64,000 nt of DNA from Minisyncoccota bacterium (GTDB lineage Bacteria; Patescibacteriota; Minisyncoccia; Phycocordibacterales; UBA9973), in NCBI GenBank assembly GCA_041657885.1, contig JBBABB010000001.1, forward strand, positions 267,184 to 331,183, in the 5' to 3' direction. Positions 18,826 through 27,038 of the stretch are shown in pieces. Under the pieces are notes generated by a model. It was not told the origin of the DNA. It worked only from the letters and a program-made list of their open reading frames with translations, and did not search any database. A program made the position numbers and the translations under genes. Position 1 is the stretch's first letter, and every line of letters starts with the position of its first letter.

Positions 18826-19323
18826 ATGATGAAAAAGAAATCATTTTTAGAACGCCTTACAGGTAGTATTCGATTTGAAGATAATGAGGAAAACGAGGAA
18901 GAAGAAGTGTCTTCTAATGGGTCAAAGAGAAAGATTAATTTTGAGTTAAAAGATAAAGACTTACCAAAAGAACCAAAATGGGAAGAAGAAATAGATGCGG
19001 AGTTAACAGTAGACCTATATCAAACCCCATCAGATATTATTGTACAGACAATGGTTGCTGGAGTACAACCAGATAACCTTTCTATAACTATTACTCGTGA
19101 TATGATTACAGTCCGTGGTAAACGTGAAGAAAATCAATCAATTGATAAAGATAATTACTTTGTCCAAGAACTTTACTGGGGATCATTCTCTAGAACCATT
19201 TCCCTACCAGAAGAAGTTGACCCCGAGGGAGCCGAAGCAATTGAAAAACATGGATTGTTAATTATTAAACTTCCGAAATTAGACAAAAATAGAGAGACGA
19301 AATTAAAAGTAAAATCAATTTAA
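18826..19323 (+). CDS. Hsp20/alpha-crystallin small heat-shock protein
   Basis: VDLYQT, ELYWGSFSRTISLP, HGLLIIKLPK. Confidence 0.92.
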   Translation: MMKKKSFLERLTGSIRFEDNEENEEEEVSSNGSKRKINFELKDKDLPKEPKWEEEIDAELTVDLYQTPSDIIVQTMVAGVQPDNLSITITRDMITVRGKREENQSIDKDNYFVQELYWGSFSRTISLPEEVDPEGAEAIEKHGLLIIKLPKLDKNRETKLKVKSI

Positions 19324-19360
19324 TTAAAAATCCTCCGACAATGTTGGAGGATTTTTAATT
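19322..19360. terminator. Bidirectional intrinsic terminator
   Basis: aattaaaaatcctcc..ggaggatttttaatt between convergent hsp20 and tRNA-Phe. Confidence 0.7.
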
Positions 19361-19365
19361 TATTG

Positions 19366-19438
19366 TGCTTGGAGGCAGATTTGCACTGCCGACCCTTCCC
19401 TCTTCAGGGGAATGCTCTACTAACTGAGCTATCCAAGC
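19366..19438 (-). tRNA. tRNA-Phe(GAA)
   Basis: GCTTGGA..TCCAAGC acceptor; TTCCC-CTGAAGA-GGGAA anticodon arm; T-loop TGCAAAT. Confidence 0.92.
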
Positions 19439-19443
19439 GTATT

Positions 19444-19743
19444 TTATTCATTCAATGATTTTAATAAATTTTGTATGTCTGCTCCTCCGTTTTTAAGATT
19501 TTTTGTAATATCACTAACATTGTTTATTCCAGATACTCCTCCTGTATATACATTCAACAAATTTCCTAAATAAGGTTTAATAAAGTAAAAAGCTCCAACC
19601 GAAACTCCTATAATGAGAAACCAGTAAAAAATACGTGTAATCTGGGCCCAACGTTGAATTTTATAGAGTTTAAGAAGTATTTTATTATTCTCTTTAGATA
19701 ATCTTAAATTTTCCTCTAAAAGTTTTTTTGTTTCTTCTTCCAT
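19444..19743 (-). CDS. Hypothetical single-TM protein
   Basis: 99-aa ORF, coiled N-terminus plus TM segment. Confidence 0.7.
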   Translation of the reverse strand: MEEETKKLLEENLRLSKENNKILLKLYKIQRWAQITRIFYWFLIIGVSVGAFYFIKPYLGNLLNVYTGGVSGINNVSDITKNLKNGGADIQNLLKSLNE

Positions 19744-19843
19744 TAATTATACTTTATCATATTTAAATGGAAAATAAAAGGTGCTAAAAAAGTGCCCTCG
19801 GCCAGAGTCGGACTGACATTAGACCCTTAGGACGGGCCGGTTC

Positions 19844-19952
19844 CCCGCCTGCCTAAGCCTGTGCCCCCGACACGAATCGAACGTACATCTATCCCTTAGG
19901 ACGGGACTGTTCTATCCATTGAACTACGGGGGCATAGGCACTGGCGGGCAGG
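19844..19952 (-). mobile_element. CCTGCCCG..GCAGGCGGG element carrying an intact tRNA between its arms
   Basis: Arms cccgcctgcctaagcct (19844-19860) and aggcactggcgggcagg (19936-19952) match the murD/alr/murB elements. Confidence 0.7.
19862..19933 (-). tRNA. tRNA-Arg(CCT), nested
   Basis: GCCCCCG..CGGGGGC acceptor; GTCCC-GTCCTAA-GGGAT anticodon arm; GTTCGA T-loop. Confidence 0.9.
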
Positions 19953-19980
19953 TATCCGTTGAACTACGAGGGCAATTTTG

Positions 19981-20220
19981 CTACTCTTTAATATCCAAAA
20001 GCTCCATAATTTTAGGCTTATTAAAACCAACGACTAATTTATCATCAATCGCAATAACGGGAACTCCCATTTGTCCACTTTTATCTATCATTTCTTTTCT
20101 TTTTTCTAAATTAGAAGAAACATCAAAATCTTCATAAACAATTCCTTTAGATGTAAAGAAATCTTTTGCCATGCGACAAAAATGACATGTTGGTGTACTG
20201 TAAACTGTTACTTTGCTCAT
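19981..20220 (-). CDS. Glutaredoxin-like protein (NrdH/YruB type)
   Basis: CHFC, GQMGVPVI, VGFN. Confidence 0.92.
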   Translation of the reverse strand: MSKVTVYSTPTCHFCRMAKDFFTSKGIVYEDFDVSSNLEKRKEMIDKSGQMGVPVIAIDDKLVVGFNKPKIMELLDIKE

Positions 20221-20235
20221 AATTTTTCTTTGGCT

Positions 20236-20258
20236 CGCCGTAGCGGAAGCGGAGGCGG
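20236..20258 (-). repeat. Intergenic REP-like element, CCGCC..GCTACGGCG family
   Basis: sense ccgcctccgcttccgctacggcg just upstream of the glutaredoxin ATG. Confidence 0.65.
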
Positions 20259-20317
20259 CTATTATTAATTAATAAAGGATTTTCATTGTAACATAAAAAT
20301 AAAAATAAAAACAATTG

Positions 20318-20388
20318 TGCGAGTAGCGAGAATCGGACTCGCGTTTTTTGCTTGGGAAGCAAACATATTACCACTATATGATACTCGC
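20318..20388 (-). tRNA. tRNA-Gly(CCC)
   Basis: GCGAGTA..TACTCGC acceptor; TTTGC-TTCCCAA-GCAAA anticodon arm. Confidence 0.9.
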
Positions 20389-20392
20389 ATTT

Positions 20393-20773
20393 TTATTTAT
20401 TAAATATCTTTTTAACCCAATTCCAAAAACCATGACTCGTTTTATTGTCTATTACTGAAGAATTATTTTTATTTTCTTCATCAACTATTATTACCATTTT
20501 TTCTCCTTCTTTGGCAACTTGATATTTTTCTCTAATTATTTCTTCCTTACCTTCTTCTGTATCTAATTTTGATATGTCGAGAGATAAAGAAGATTCTCTT
20601 TGTTTTAAACTGTCTATTTGGTCTAAAATAAGTTCTTTTTTGTGAGAAGTTTCTCTTTCTTTTTGAATCAAGCCTACAATATTATATCCAAACAATACCA
20701 AAATACAAAAAAGAAATACCAGAGCAACCGGCGAATGCCAAAACTTATAATTACTTTTCTTCCATTTCTTCAT
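20393..20773 (-). CDS. Septum formation initiator (FtsB/DivIC-like)
   Basis: TM plus coiled coil plus EEIIREKY..KEGE motif. Confidence 0.8.
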   Translation of the reverse strand: MKKWKKSNYKFWHSPVALVFLFCILVLFGYNIVGLIQKERETSHKKELILDQIDSLKQRESSLSLDISKLDTEEGKEEIIREKYQVAKEGEKMVIIVDEENKNNSSVIDNKTSHGFWNWVKKIFNK

Positions 20774-20918
20774 AATTAATGGTAGTATTATATCATGTTT
20801 TTCAACACAAAAAATAAGAAGAAAATAGAGAAAGCTTTTGCTATAGTTTCAATACTTGTAATCATAAGTATGATATTACTCTATATGCCTGGACTTTTTA
20901 GATAAGGGTAATAAAAAG

Positions 20919-22808
20919 CTAATTGTTACTACCACGTATCATTTTTAAAAACACATCATGGGATATGTTTATTTTTGCGTTTGATTGCATTCTTTTCTTA
21001 CCCCTTTTTTGTTTCTCAAGCAACTTTTTCTTTCTACTCACATCCCCTCCACCCACAACTTTACTTCTGTGCATAAGAACATCCTTTCTGAAAGCAGACA
21101 CTGATTCTGATGATATAATTCGCCCTAATGCCTTCCCTTGAATTTTAAAAGCAAATTGCTGTCTTGGAATAATATCTTTTAATTTTTCAACTTGGGCTTT
21201 CGCTTCATCTGTCACTTTTCTTCGTGATACCACTCGACAAAATGCCACCATTGGTTCATCAGCGACAACGATATCAAGCCTAACAACATCAGCTTCTCTG
21301 TACTCACCTATTTCATACGAAATAGAAGAATACCCCGAAGTGATGCTTTTCATATCATCAAAAAAATTACGCATGAGTTCTCGTAATGGCATTTCTAAAT
21401 CAATCGAGGACCTGTTGTCTCCAAAATTATCAGTTCCTTTAACTATGGCTTCGTGGTCATAGAAGAATGGCATAAGAGAACTTATATAGGTTGATGGGGT
21501 GATAATTTTTACATTGACCCACGGCTCAAAAACTTTGACGATATTTCCATCATCAGGGAAAAGATGAGGTGAGTAAATAATTTCTTCTTTTCCATTACGA
21601 AGTAATACTTTGTAAGTAATAGAAGGCATTGTTACTATTAATTGTAAATTAAATTCACGACTCAACCTTTCTGTAATTATTTCTAAATGAAGCATCCCCA
21701 AAAAACCACAGCGATATCCTCTCCCAAGTGAACCTGAATTTTCTTCTTCATATGAAAAAGATGAATCTGATAGTCGTAGTCGCCCCAGTGCTTGTCTGAG
21801 ATTGGGAAAATCATCCTGACTTTCTGGGTACACAGAGGCCCAAACTACTGGTTTAGGATTTTTATACCCCGGTAAAGCAAGCATCGGCTTTTTAAGAAAA
21901 GTAATAGTATCTCCAACTGATGCAATTCCTGGTTTTTTAATACCTGTCACAATATAACCAATTTCTCCACTACTTAAAAATTCACGTGGTTGTTCTTCGG
22001 GAGAAAATGTCCCAACTTCAAGTGAAATAAATTTTTCGGCAGAAACTGCAAACAAAAGTGATTCTCCTTTTTTAAATCCTCCATTAACCACACGTACATA
22101 AACTATAACTCCTCTATGATTATCATATTTGAAATCAAAAACTAAAGCTCGCCCTGTGTTTGATGATAATGCTAAATTTTCTCCAATATGAGGACAAGGA
22201 ATCTTTTTTATTATTTCTTCAAGTAACATTGCCACACCCTCACCCGTTTTTCCCGAAACAAGTAAAATAGTGTCTGGGTCGATGTCTAAAAGTAGCGCCA
22301 CTTCCATTTTTATTTCTTCAACTCGAGCCAGTGATGAATCAATCTTGGAAAGTACTGGTATAATCACAAGCCCAGAATCACGCGCCATTTGTAAGGTAGT
22401 GAGTGTTTGAGCTTGCACGCCCTGAGTCGCGTCCACGAGCAAAATAGAGCCTTCTACGGCCTTAAGAGCGCGAGAAACTTCATAAGAGAAGTCAATATGC
22501 CCAGGCGTATCTATCAAATTCAAAATATAATTCTCACCCCCTCCATGCCTCCCCCAAGAGGAGAGGTTTTGAATTTCCCCTTCCCCTTTGGGGAGGGGTT
22601 GGGGTGAGGTGTACTCCATTCTAACGGGCTGCATTTTTATAGTAATACCACGTTCTCTTTCCAATTCCATTGAATCTAAAACTTGATCTTTCATTTTACG
22701 TTTTTCTATCGTGCCAGTTATTTCTATCATTCGGTCAGCCAAAGTACTCTTGCCATGGTCAATGTGGGCAATAATTGAAAAATTTCTGATATTCTTAATA
22801 TCTGTCAT
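20919..22808 (-). CDS. lepA: Elongation factor 4 (LepA)
   Basis: AHIDHGKSTLADR, ERERGITIK, GFLGMLHLEI, KKLLEKQKRGKKRM. Confidence 0.97.
   Translation of the reverse strand: MTDIKNIRNFSIIAHIDHGKSTLADRMIEITGTIEKRKMKDQVLDSMELERERGITIKMQPVRMEYTSPQPLPKGEGEIQNLSSWGRHGGGENYILNLIDTPGHIDFSYEVSRALKAVEGSILLVDATQGVQAQTLTTLQMARDSGLVIIPVLSKIDSSLARVEEIKMEVALLLDIDPDTILLVSGKTGEGVAMLLEEIIKKIPCPHIGENLALSSNTGRALVFDFKYDNHRGVIVYVRVVNGGFKKGESLLFAVSAEKFISLEVGTFSPEEQPREFLSSGEIGYIVTGIKKPGIASVGDTITFLKKPMLALPGYKNPKPVVWASVYPESQDDFPNLRQALGRLRLSDSSFSYEEENSGSLGRGYRCGFLGMLHLEIITERLSREFNLQLIVTMPSITYKVLLRNGKEEIIYSPHLFPDDGNIVKVFEPWVNVKIITPSTYISSLMPFFYDHEAIVKGTDNFGDNRSSIDLEMPLRELMRNFFDDMKSITSGYSSISYEIGEYREADVVRLDIVVADEPMVAFCRVVSRRKVTDEAKAQVEKLKDIIPRQQFAFKIQGKALGRIISSESVSAFRKDVLMHRSKVVGGGDVSRKKKLLEKQKRGKKRMQSNAKINISHDVFLKMIRGSNN
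22536..22610 (-). repeat. In-frame two-arm element related to the leuS DUF559 ends (75 nt)
   Basis: accccctcc..ccccttcccctttggggaggggttggggtgaggt (TSPQPLPKGEGE..WGRHGGG). Confidence 0.85.
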
Positions 22809-22850
22809 TCTTCTATCCTAACAAAAAAGACCCTGAAATCAAAGGTCATA

Positions 22851-22879
22851 CCTAGATAGAGGCTTCGCCTCTATCTAGG
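22851..22879. repeat. Perfect intergenic palindrome (REP-like element or murJ terminator)
   Basis: cctagatagaggc-ttc-gcctctatctagg, no adjacent T tract. Confidence 0.65.
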
Positions 22880-22885
22880 ATATGA

Positions 22886-24574
22886 TTACAGTTCGCCTTG
22901 TTCGGGGGCGATGACGCGGTTACGCCAGAATTTATTTTTAAAGGCATGGATGATATCAAATAATTCTTTATTCTTTAACATAATCAAAACTAACACTCCA
23001 GTGGTTATGCCTAAAATTCCAGACAAAAATCCCTGTAAGAAAATTCCTTTTCCTGTATTTATATTAAATATATTATCAAAAAAACCTAAAGAAATATAAG
23101 TAACTAATCCCATAACAACTGCACTTATAGTACTTTGAATAAAAGTTAAAGAGAGGTTAATTTTTTTATTGTCAAGAAAATCTCTTTTGAATAAAATCCA
23201 GATTAAAAAGAAATTGAGGAGTGAGCCCATAGCATAAGCAAGTGGCAATGCCAACATTATAGTCCCTGGAACATCTTTAACCCGTAAAATTATTTCTAAC
23301 CTTGAAAGTAATTCTGGATAATTACGGAAAATATAAATTAATATTTGGGCAAAAACAATAACCATAACAGAGGAAAAAACGTTTATTAATAAGGGTTTTT
23401 TTGTGTTTCCTGCGGCATAATATCCTCTAACAAATAAGAGTACAAGTCCCTGAGAAGCAAGTGATATTACAAAAAGTGCAACTGAAGCGGCAGTTAAACG
23501 AGTATCAAACCACGAGAAATTATTTGAACCGAGTATTACACGGACAATCTGAGCACGAAGAACAATTAAAAGAGTAATTGCGGGTAGTGACCAAAATATA
23601 ATTTGCCTAGCAGCAAAAATTATCTGCCCAATAAAATTATCCATATCTTTCATAGAAAATGATTTAACTAAAATTGGAAAAGCTGCCACGGAATAAGAAA
23701 TGCCAATAATACCGACTGGAACAGATTGAAGATTGTAAGCAAAAGTAAATAAAGATATAGACCCTTCCTTAAGAGTTGAAGCCATAGCTATAAGAAAAAT
23801 AAAAGCCAAACTATTACATGAAAGAGCTAATGTTCTCGGAGCAGATAATTTTACCACATGGATGACTTCTCGCCATTTTATTTTAAAACTAAATTTAGGG
23901 AAAAAGTTATGCTTCAACACCACGGGAACTTGTATAAGGAAATGCATAGTAGCCCCCACAATAACTCCAATACTTAAGCCATAAACTCCAAATTGGGGAT
24001 AAAGAAATATTACACCTAAAAGAATTCCAAAATTATAAAAGATAGGAGATAATGAGAAAACAAGAAAATTTCTAAATAATTGAGTCACTGTGCCAATCAA
24101 ATTAGATAATCCAATAAAAATTGGGGAGATCAACATTATGCGACTAGTTGTAATTAGTAAATGAATCTGAGAATCATTAAAACCAGGAGCTATATAAGAA
24201 ACTATATACGGAATAAAAATAGCAATTAAAATACTGGCCAATGCCATAAAGAGCATGAAGGCACTAAAAATATTATTCATAAATGCCCGAGCTTTGAGAG
24301 TTGTATCATTATCATTATTTATTTTATCCATCAAAAACGGCATAAGCACCGTAACGGAAGCAAGAGAAGCTATAGATATATATAAAAAATCCGGTATTCT
24401 AAAAGCTGCATAATAGACATCTAGTGTTGGGCCTGCTCCAACTATATGAGCAAGCGTTCTGTCTCTAATTAGCCCTAATAACTGAGACAGAAAAGCAAAG
24501 CCGCCAAGTAATAGGGCGGCTTCGTTTACTCCACGGAATTCTTTATTTAGGAATGTAAGAATACGATTAACCAT
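22886..24574 (-). CDS. murJ: Lipid II flippase MurJ (MviN)
   Basis: SQLLGLIRD, AAFRIPD, multi-TM. Confidence 0.93.
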   Translation of the reverse strand: MVNRILTFLNKEFRGVNEAALLLGGFAFLSQLLGLIRDRTLAHIVGAGPTLDVYYAAFRIPDFLYISIASLASVTVLMPFLMDKINNDNDTTLKARAFMNNIFSAFMLFMALASILIAIFIPYIVSYIAPGFNDSQIHLLITTSRIMLISPIFIGLSNLIGTVTQLFRNFLVFSLSPIFYNFGILLGVIFLYPQFGVYGLSIGVIVGATMHFLIQVPVVLKHNFFPKFSFKIKWREVIHVVKLSAPRTLALSCNSLAFIFLIAMASTLKEGSISLFTFAYNLQSVPVGIIGISYSVAAFPILVKSFSMKDMDNFIGQIIFAARQIIFWSLPAITLLIVLRAQIVRVILGSNNFSWFDTRLTAASVALFVISLASQGLVLLFVRGYYAAGNTKKPLLINVFSSVMVIVFAQILIYIFRNYPELLSRLEIILRVKDVPGTIMLALPLAYAMGSLLNFFLIWILFKRDFLDNKKINLSLTFIQSTISAVVMGLVTYISLGFFDNIFNINTGKGIFLQGFLSGILGITTGVLVLIMLKNKELFDIIHAFKNKFWRNRVIAPEQGEL

Positions 24575-24592
24575 TGCTAATTTAAAGAATAA

Positions 24593-26962
24593 TTATTGTT
24601 TTTCTTGTAATGGTGGTTTTGTCGTACTATCTACTGTTTTAGTAGTATCGCTTTGTTGTGTAGGTGCATTAATTCCACTTATAGCATCTTTTATATCTTG
24701 ATTATCTGGAGCAATCTTGCTCAAGATATTAAATTGTATTAAAGCGTCACTTGTTCGTCCAACTTTCTTATATGACATACCTAAAAAGTAACGAGCGTTC
24801 AAGTAGCTATTATCTAAAATAACAGCTTTTTCAAAAGCGGAAACTGCCCCAGTATAATCACTTTTATTATAACGTAGTAACCCAAGTCTAAAGAAAACAG
24901 TAGGATCGTTTGGGGCTAATTCCCCTGCATATTCGGCTTGTTTTATAGCCTCAGAGAGATTACCTTCATTTGTTTCTATTTGAACTAGAAAGAAAATAGC
25001 ATCTATATAATTAGCCTTCAAATCGAGAGCTTGTTTTATATACTTTCTTGCTTCACTATTATTTTTATTTGTAAATTCAAGCGATGCTTTCGCTAAAATT
25101 ATAGATGGATTATTTGGAGCAAGTTGTGATGCTTTATTATAAGCAGCGATAGCACTTTCGTAGCTATTAGTGACAGATAAGGAAACTAGCGCACTATAAA
25201 CATTACCAAGGTTCATGTAATTTAAATATTGTTTTGGATTTTGATTTACCGCTAACCCTGCAGATTCTTGAGCAAGATTTATAAGTTGCTGAAGGTTTGA
25301 TTTAAGTGTATCTTGGGAAATTCCTTTATCATTAACAAGTATACCGATTTTACTTATGTATATTTGTGATAAGTTACGATAATAAACGTCATTTTTATCC
25401 AGATTTATCGCTTTTAATAACATTTCTTCTGAGGTAGATAGGGATTCCATTGTATTTTCACTATTTAATGCTTTAGAGAAATAAATAACCGAAGTAAATT
25501 TTTCAACATAAATATAGGTTAAAGAAATAGCAGAAACCATTAAAACAAGCAAAATCAGAATGGAAAAAAAACTATTGCGTGGATCAGATAAGAAGGAGAA
25601 ATCCTTGACTGGAATTGCTTGCTTATGAACCAATATACTAATCAATATACCGCTTGAAGAAAATGCCAACATTAACATCAAAATATTAGGATTATAAAAG
25701 ATAATAGTAACCCATGAATATATTGAAACCATTAAGGTCGTCATTATAAAATAGTTAGAGAGCGGATTCTGTAATGCTATACGGATAGATTGAATACCCC
25801 TTGCAACATATATAACTAAGAATAATAACAATGAAATAAGACCGAGTAATCCAGTGGTTACAACAAAGGTAGTAAACAAACTAAAACCATTTGTAAAATC
25901 AACATTCCAGAATATTGTCTGCGCTATTTCTTTTGGTTGCCAAAGAGCCCAGTCAATGACAAAGGTGTTTGGACCAGTTCCAAAGAGTGGGTTGTGTTTT
26001 ATAGATTTCCATGCAATTTGAGTTGTAGTTACTATTGATGGACGAATATCAGGATTATTAAGGTTTACATATTTAGAAATAAAACCATTTACCAAATTAC
26101 CACCAACTAAGAACATCAAAGAAACAAAGATAATAATTAAAGAAGTAAAAGGAAATTTCTTTTTATTGTTTTCACCTTGAATAATTTTAACTCCGGAATG
26201 TTGTAAAGATGTACTATAAACAAAAATAATTACAGAAAAAACACCAACAAGAATCCATGCTAAAGGAATATTTATTATAACAAGGAATAACAATCCTAGA
26301 ACCAATAACAAATATTGAGCTATTTTAAATACTCCCTTTGTTTTTAATAATTCTAGAGTAAATATTGATAGCAAAACCAAAAGACCAAACAATAGGGCAA
26401 AGTTATTCCAACTACCAACTAAATTGCCCGATGATACTCCTTGTAAAAACCCTGGTAAAATACGGTCAAAACCAATAAATATATTAAACAACTCAAATAA
26501 TGCCAAAAACAATCCCCCTATAAATAAAGCGCCTATAAAATACCATGAACGCTTCTCTGATTGAAAATAAATAGAGGATAAGAAAAAAATAATGAAAAGA
26601 ACCAGCATTGACCCGAATGTTCCAATCTCAAAACCACTACCAAAAAGTGATACATATAGAGACGATGAAAAAAATGAAGAAACCAAAAATACCAAAGGAA
26701 TAGCCATTGCAAATAAAATCAATTTATCTTTAGGAACCACAAATTTACCATCACCTAATCTAGAGATTAACCAGAAAAACAGAGAAAGCGTTACTCCGAC
26801 AGATAATAGAAATCCTTTACTTGCTTCAAGTGTGACAGAAGTATAAGGAATAAAGAAGAAAAGACACGCAAACAAAGTAAAAAGAAGAGTCACAAACGAC
26901 AATTTATTAAAAAATGCTACTTTTTTTGATTCCATTTGATTTTGCAAAATCATGTCGCGCAA
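24593..26962 (-). CDS. Polytopic membrane protein (O-antigen-ligase-like) with C-terminal TPR repeats
   Basis: About 12 TM segments, PLFGTGPNTF motif, TPR repeats in the last ~250 aa. Confidence 0.75.
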   Translation of the reverse strand: MRDMILQNQMESKKVAFFNKLSFVTLLFTLFACLFFFIPYTSVTLEASKGFLLSVGVTLSLFFWLISRLGDGKFVVPKDKLILFAMAIPLVFLVSSFFSSSLYVSLFGSGFEIGTFGSMLVLFIIFFLSSIYFQSEKRSWYFIGALFIGGLFLALFELFNIFIGFDRILPGFLQGVSSGNLVGSWNNFALLFGLLVLLSIFTLELLKTKGVFKIAQYLLLVLGLLFLVIINIPLAWILVGVFSVIIFVYSTSLQHSGVKIIQGENNKKKFPFTSLIIIFVSLMFLVGGNLVNGFISKYVNLNNPDIRPSIVTTTQIAWKSIKHNPLFGTGPNTFVIDWALWQPKEIAQTIFWNVDFTNGFSLFTTFVVTTGLLGLISLLLFLVIYVARGIQSIRIALQNPLSNYFIMTTLMVSIYSWVTIIFYNPNILMLMLAFSSSGILISILVHKQAIPVKDFSFLSDPRNSFFSILILLVLMVSAISLTYIYVEKFTSVIYFSKALNSENTMESLSTSEEMLLKAINLDKNDVYYRNLSQIYISKIGILVNDKGISQDTLKSNLQQLINLAQESAGLAVNQNPKQYLNYMNLGNVYSALVSLSVTNSYESAIAAYNKASQLAPNNPSIILAKASLEFTNKNNSEARKYIKQALDLKANYIDAIFFLVQIETNEGNLSEAIKQAEYAGELAPNDPTVFFRLGLLRYNKSDYTGAVSAFEKAVILDNSYLNARYFLGMSYKKVGRTSDALIQFNILSKIAPDNQDIKDAISGINAPTQQSDTTKTVDSTTKPPLQEKQ

Positions 26963-27038
26963 TTGTCTTTTAAGCGCAACGTTGATAAATTAAATAATAA
27001 TATAACCGTTTAATTATACACAATAAGTGTAAATAAAA

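Larger units (their letters stand above)
19793..19973 (-). pseudogene. Split tRNA-Arg(CCT): 5' part 19953-19973, 3' part 19793-19843, interrupted in the D arm by a 109-nt insert
   Basis: Joined halves give GCCCTCGTAGTTCAACGGATA|GAACCGGCCCGTCCTAAGGGTC..CGAGGGCA, a full cloverleaf. Confidence 0.8.

Noticed and set aside
19919-20374. ORFs 19919-20137 (+) and 20147-20374 (-)
   Set aside because: They overlap tRNA genes and the glutaredoxin; no protein signature
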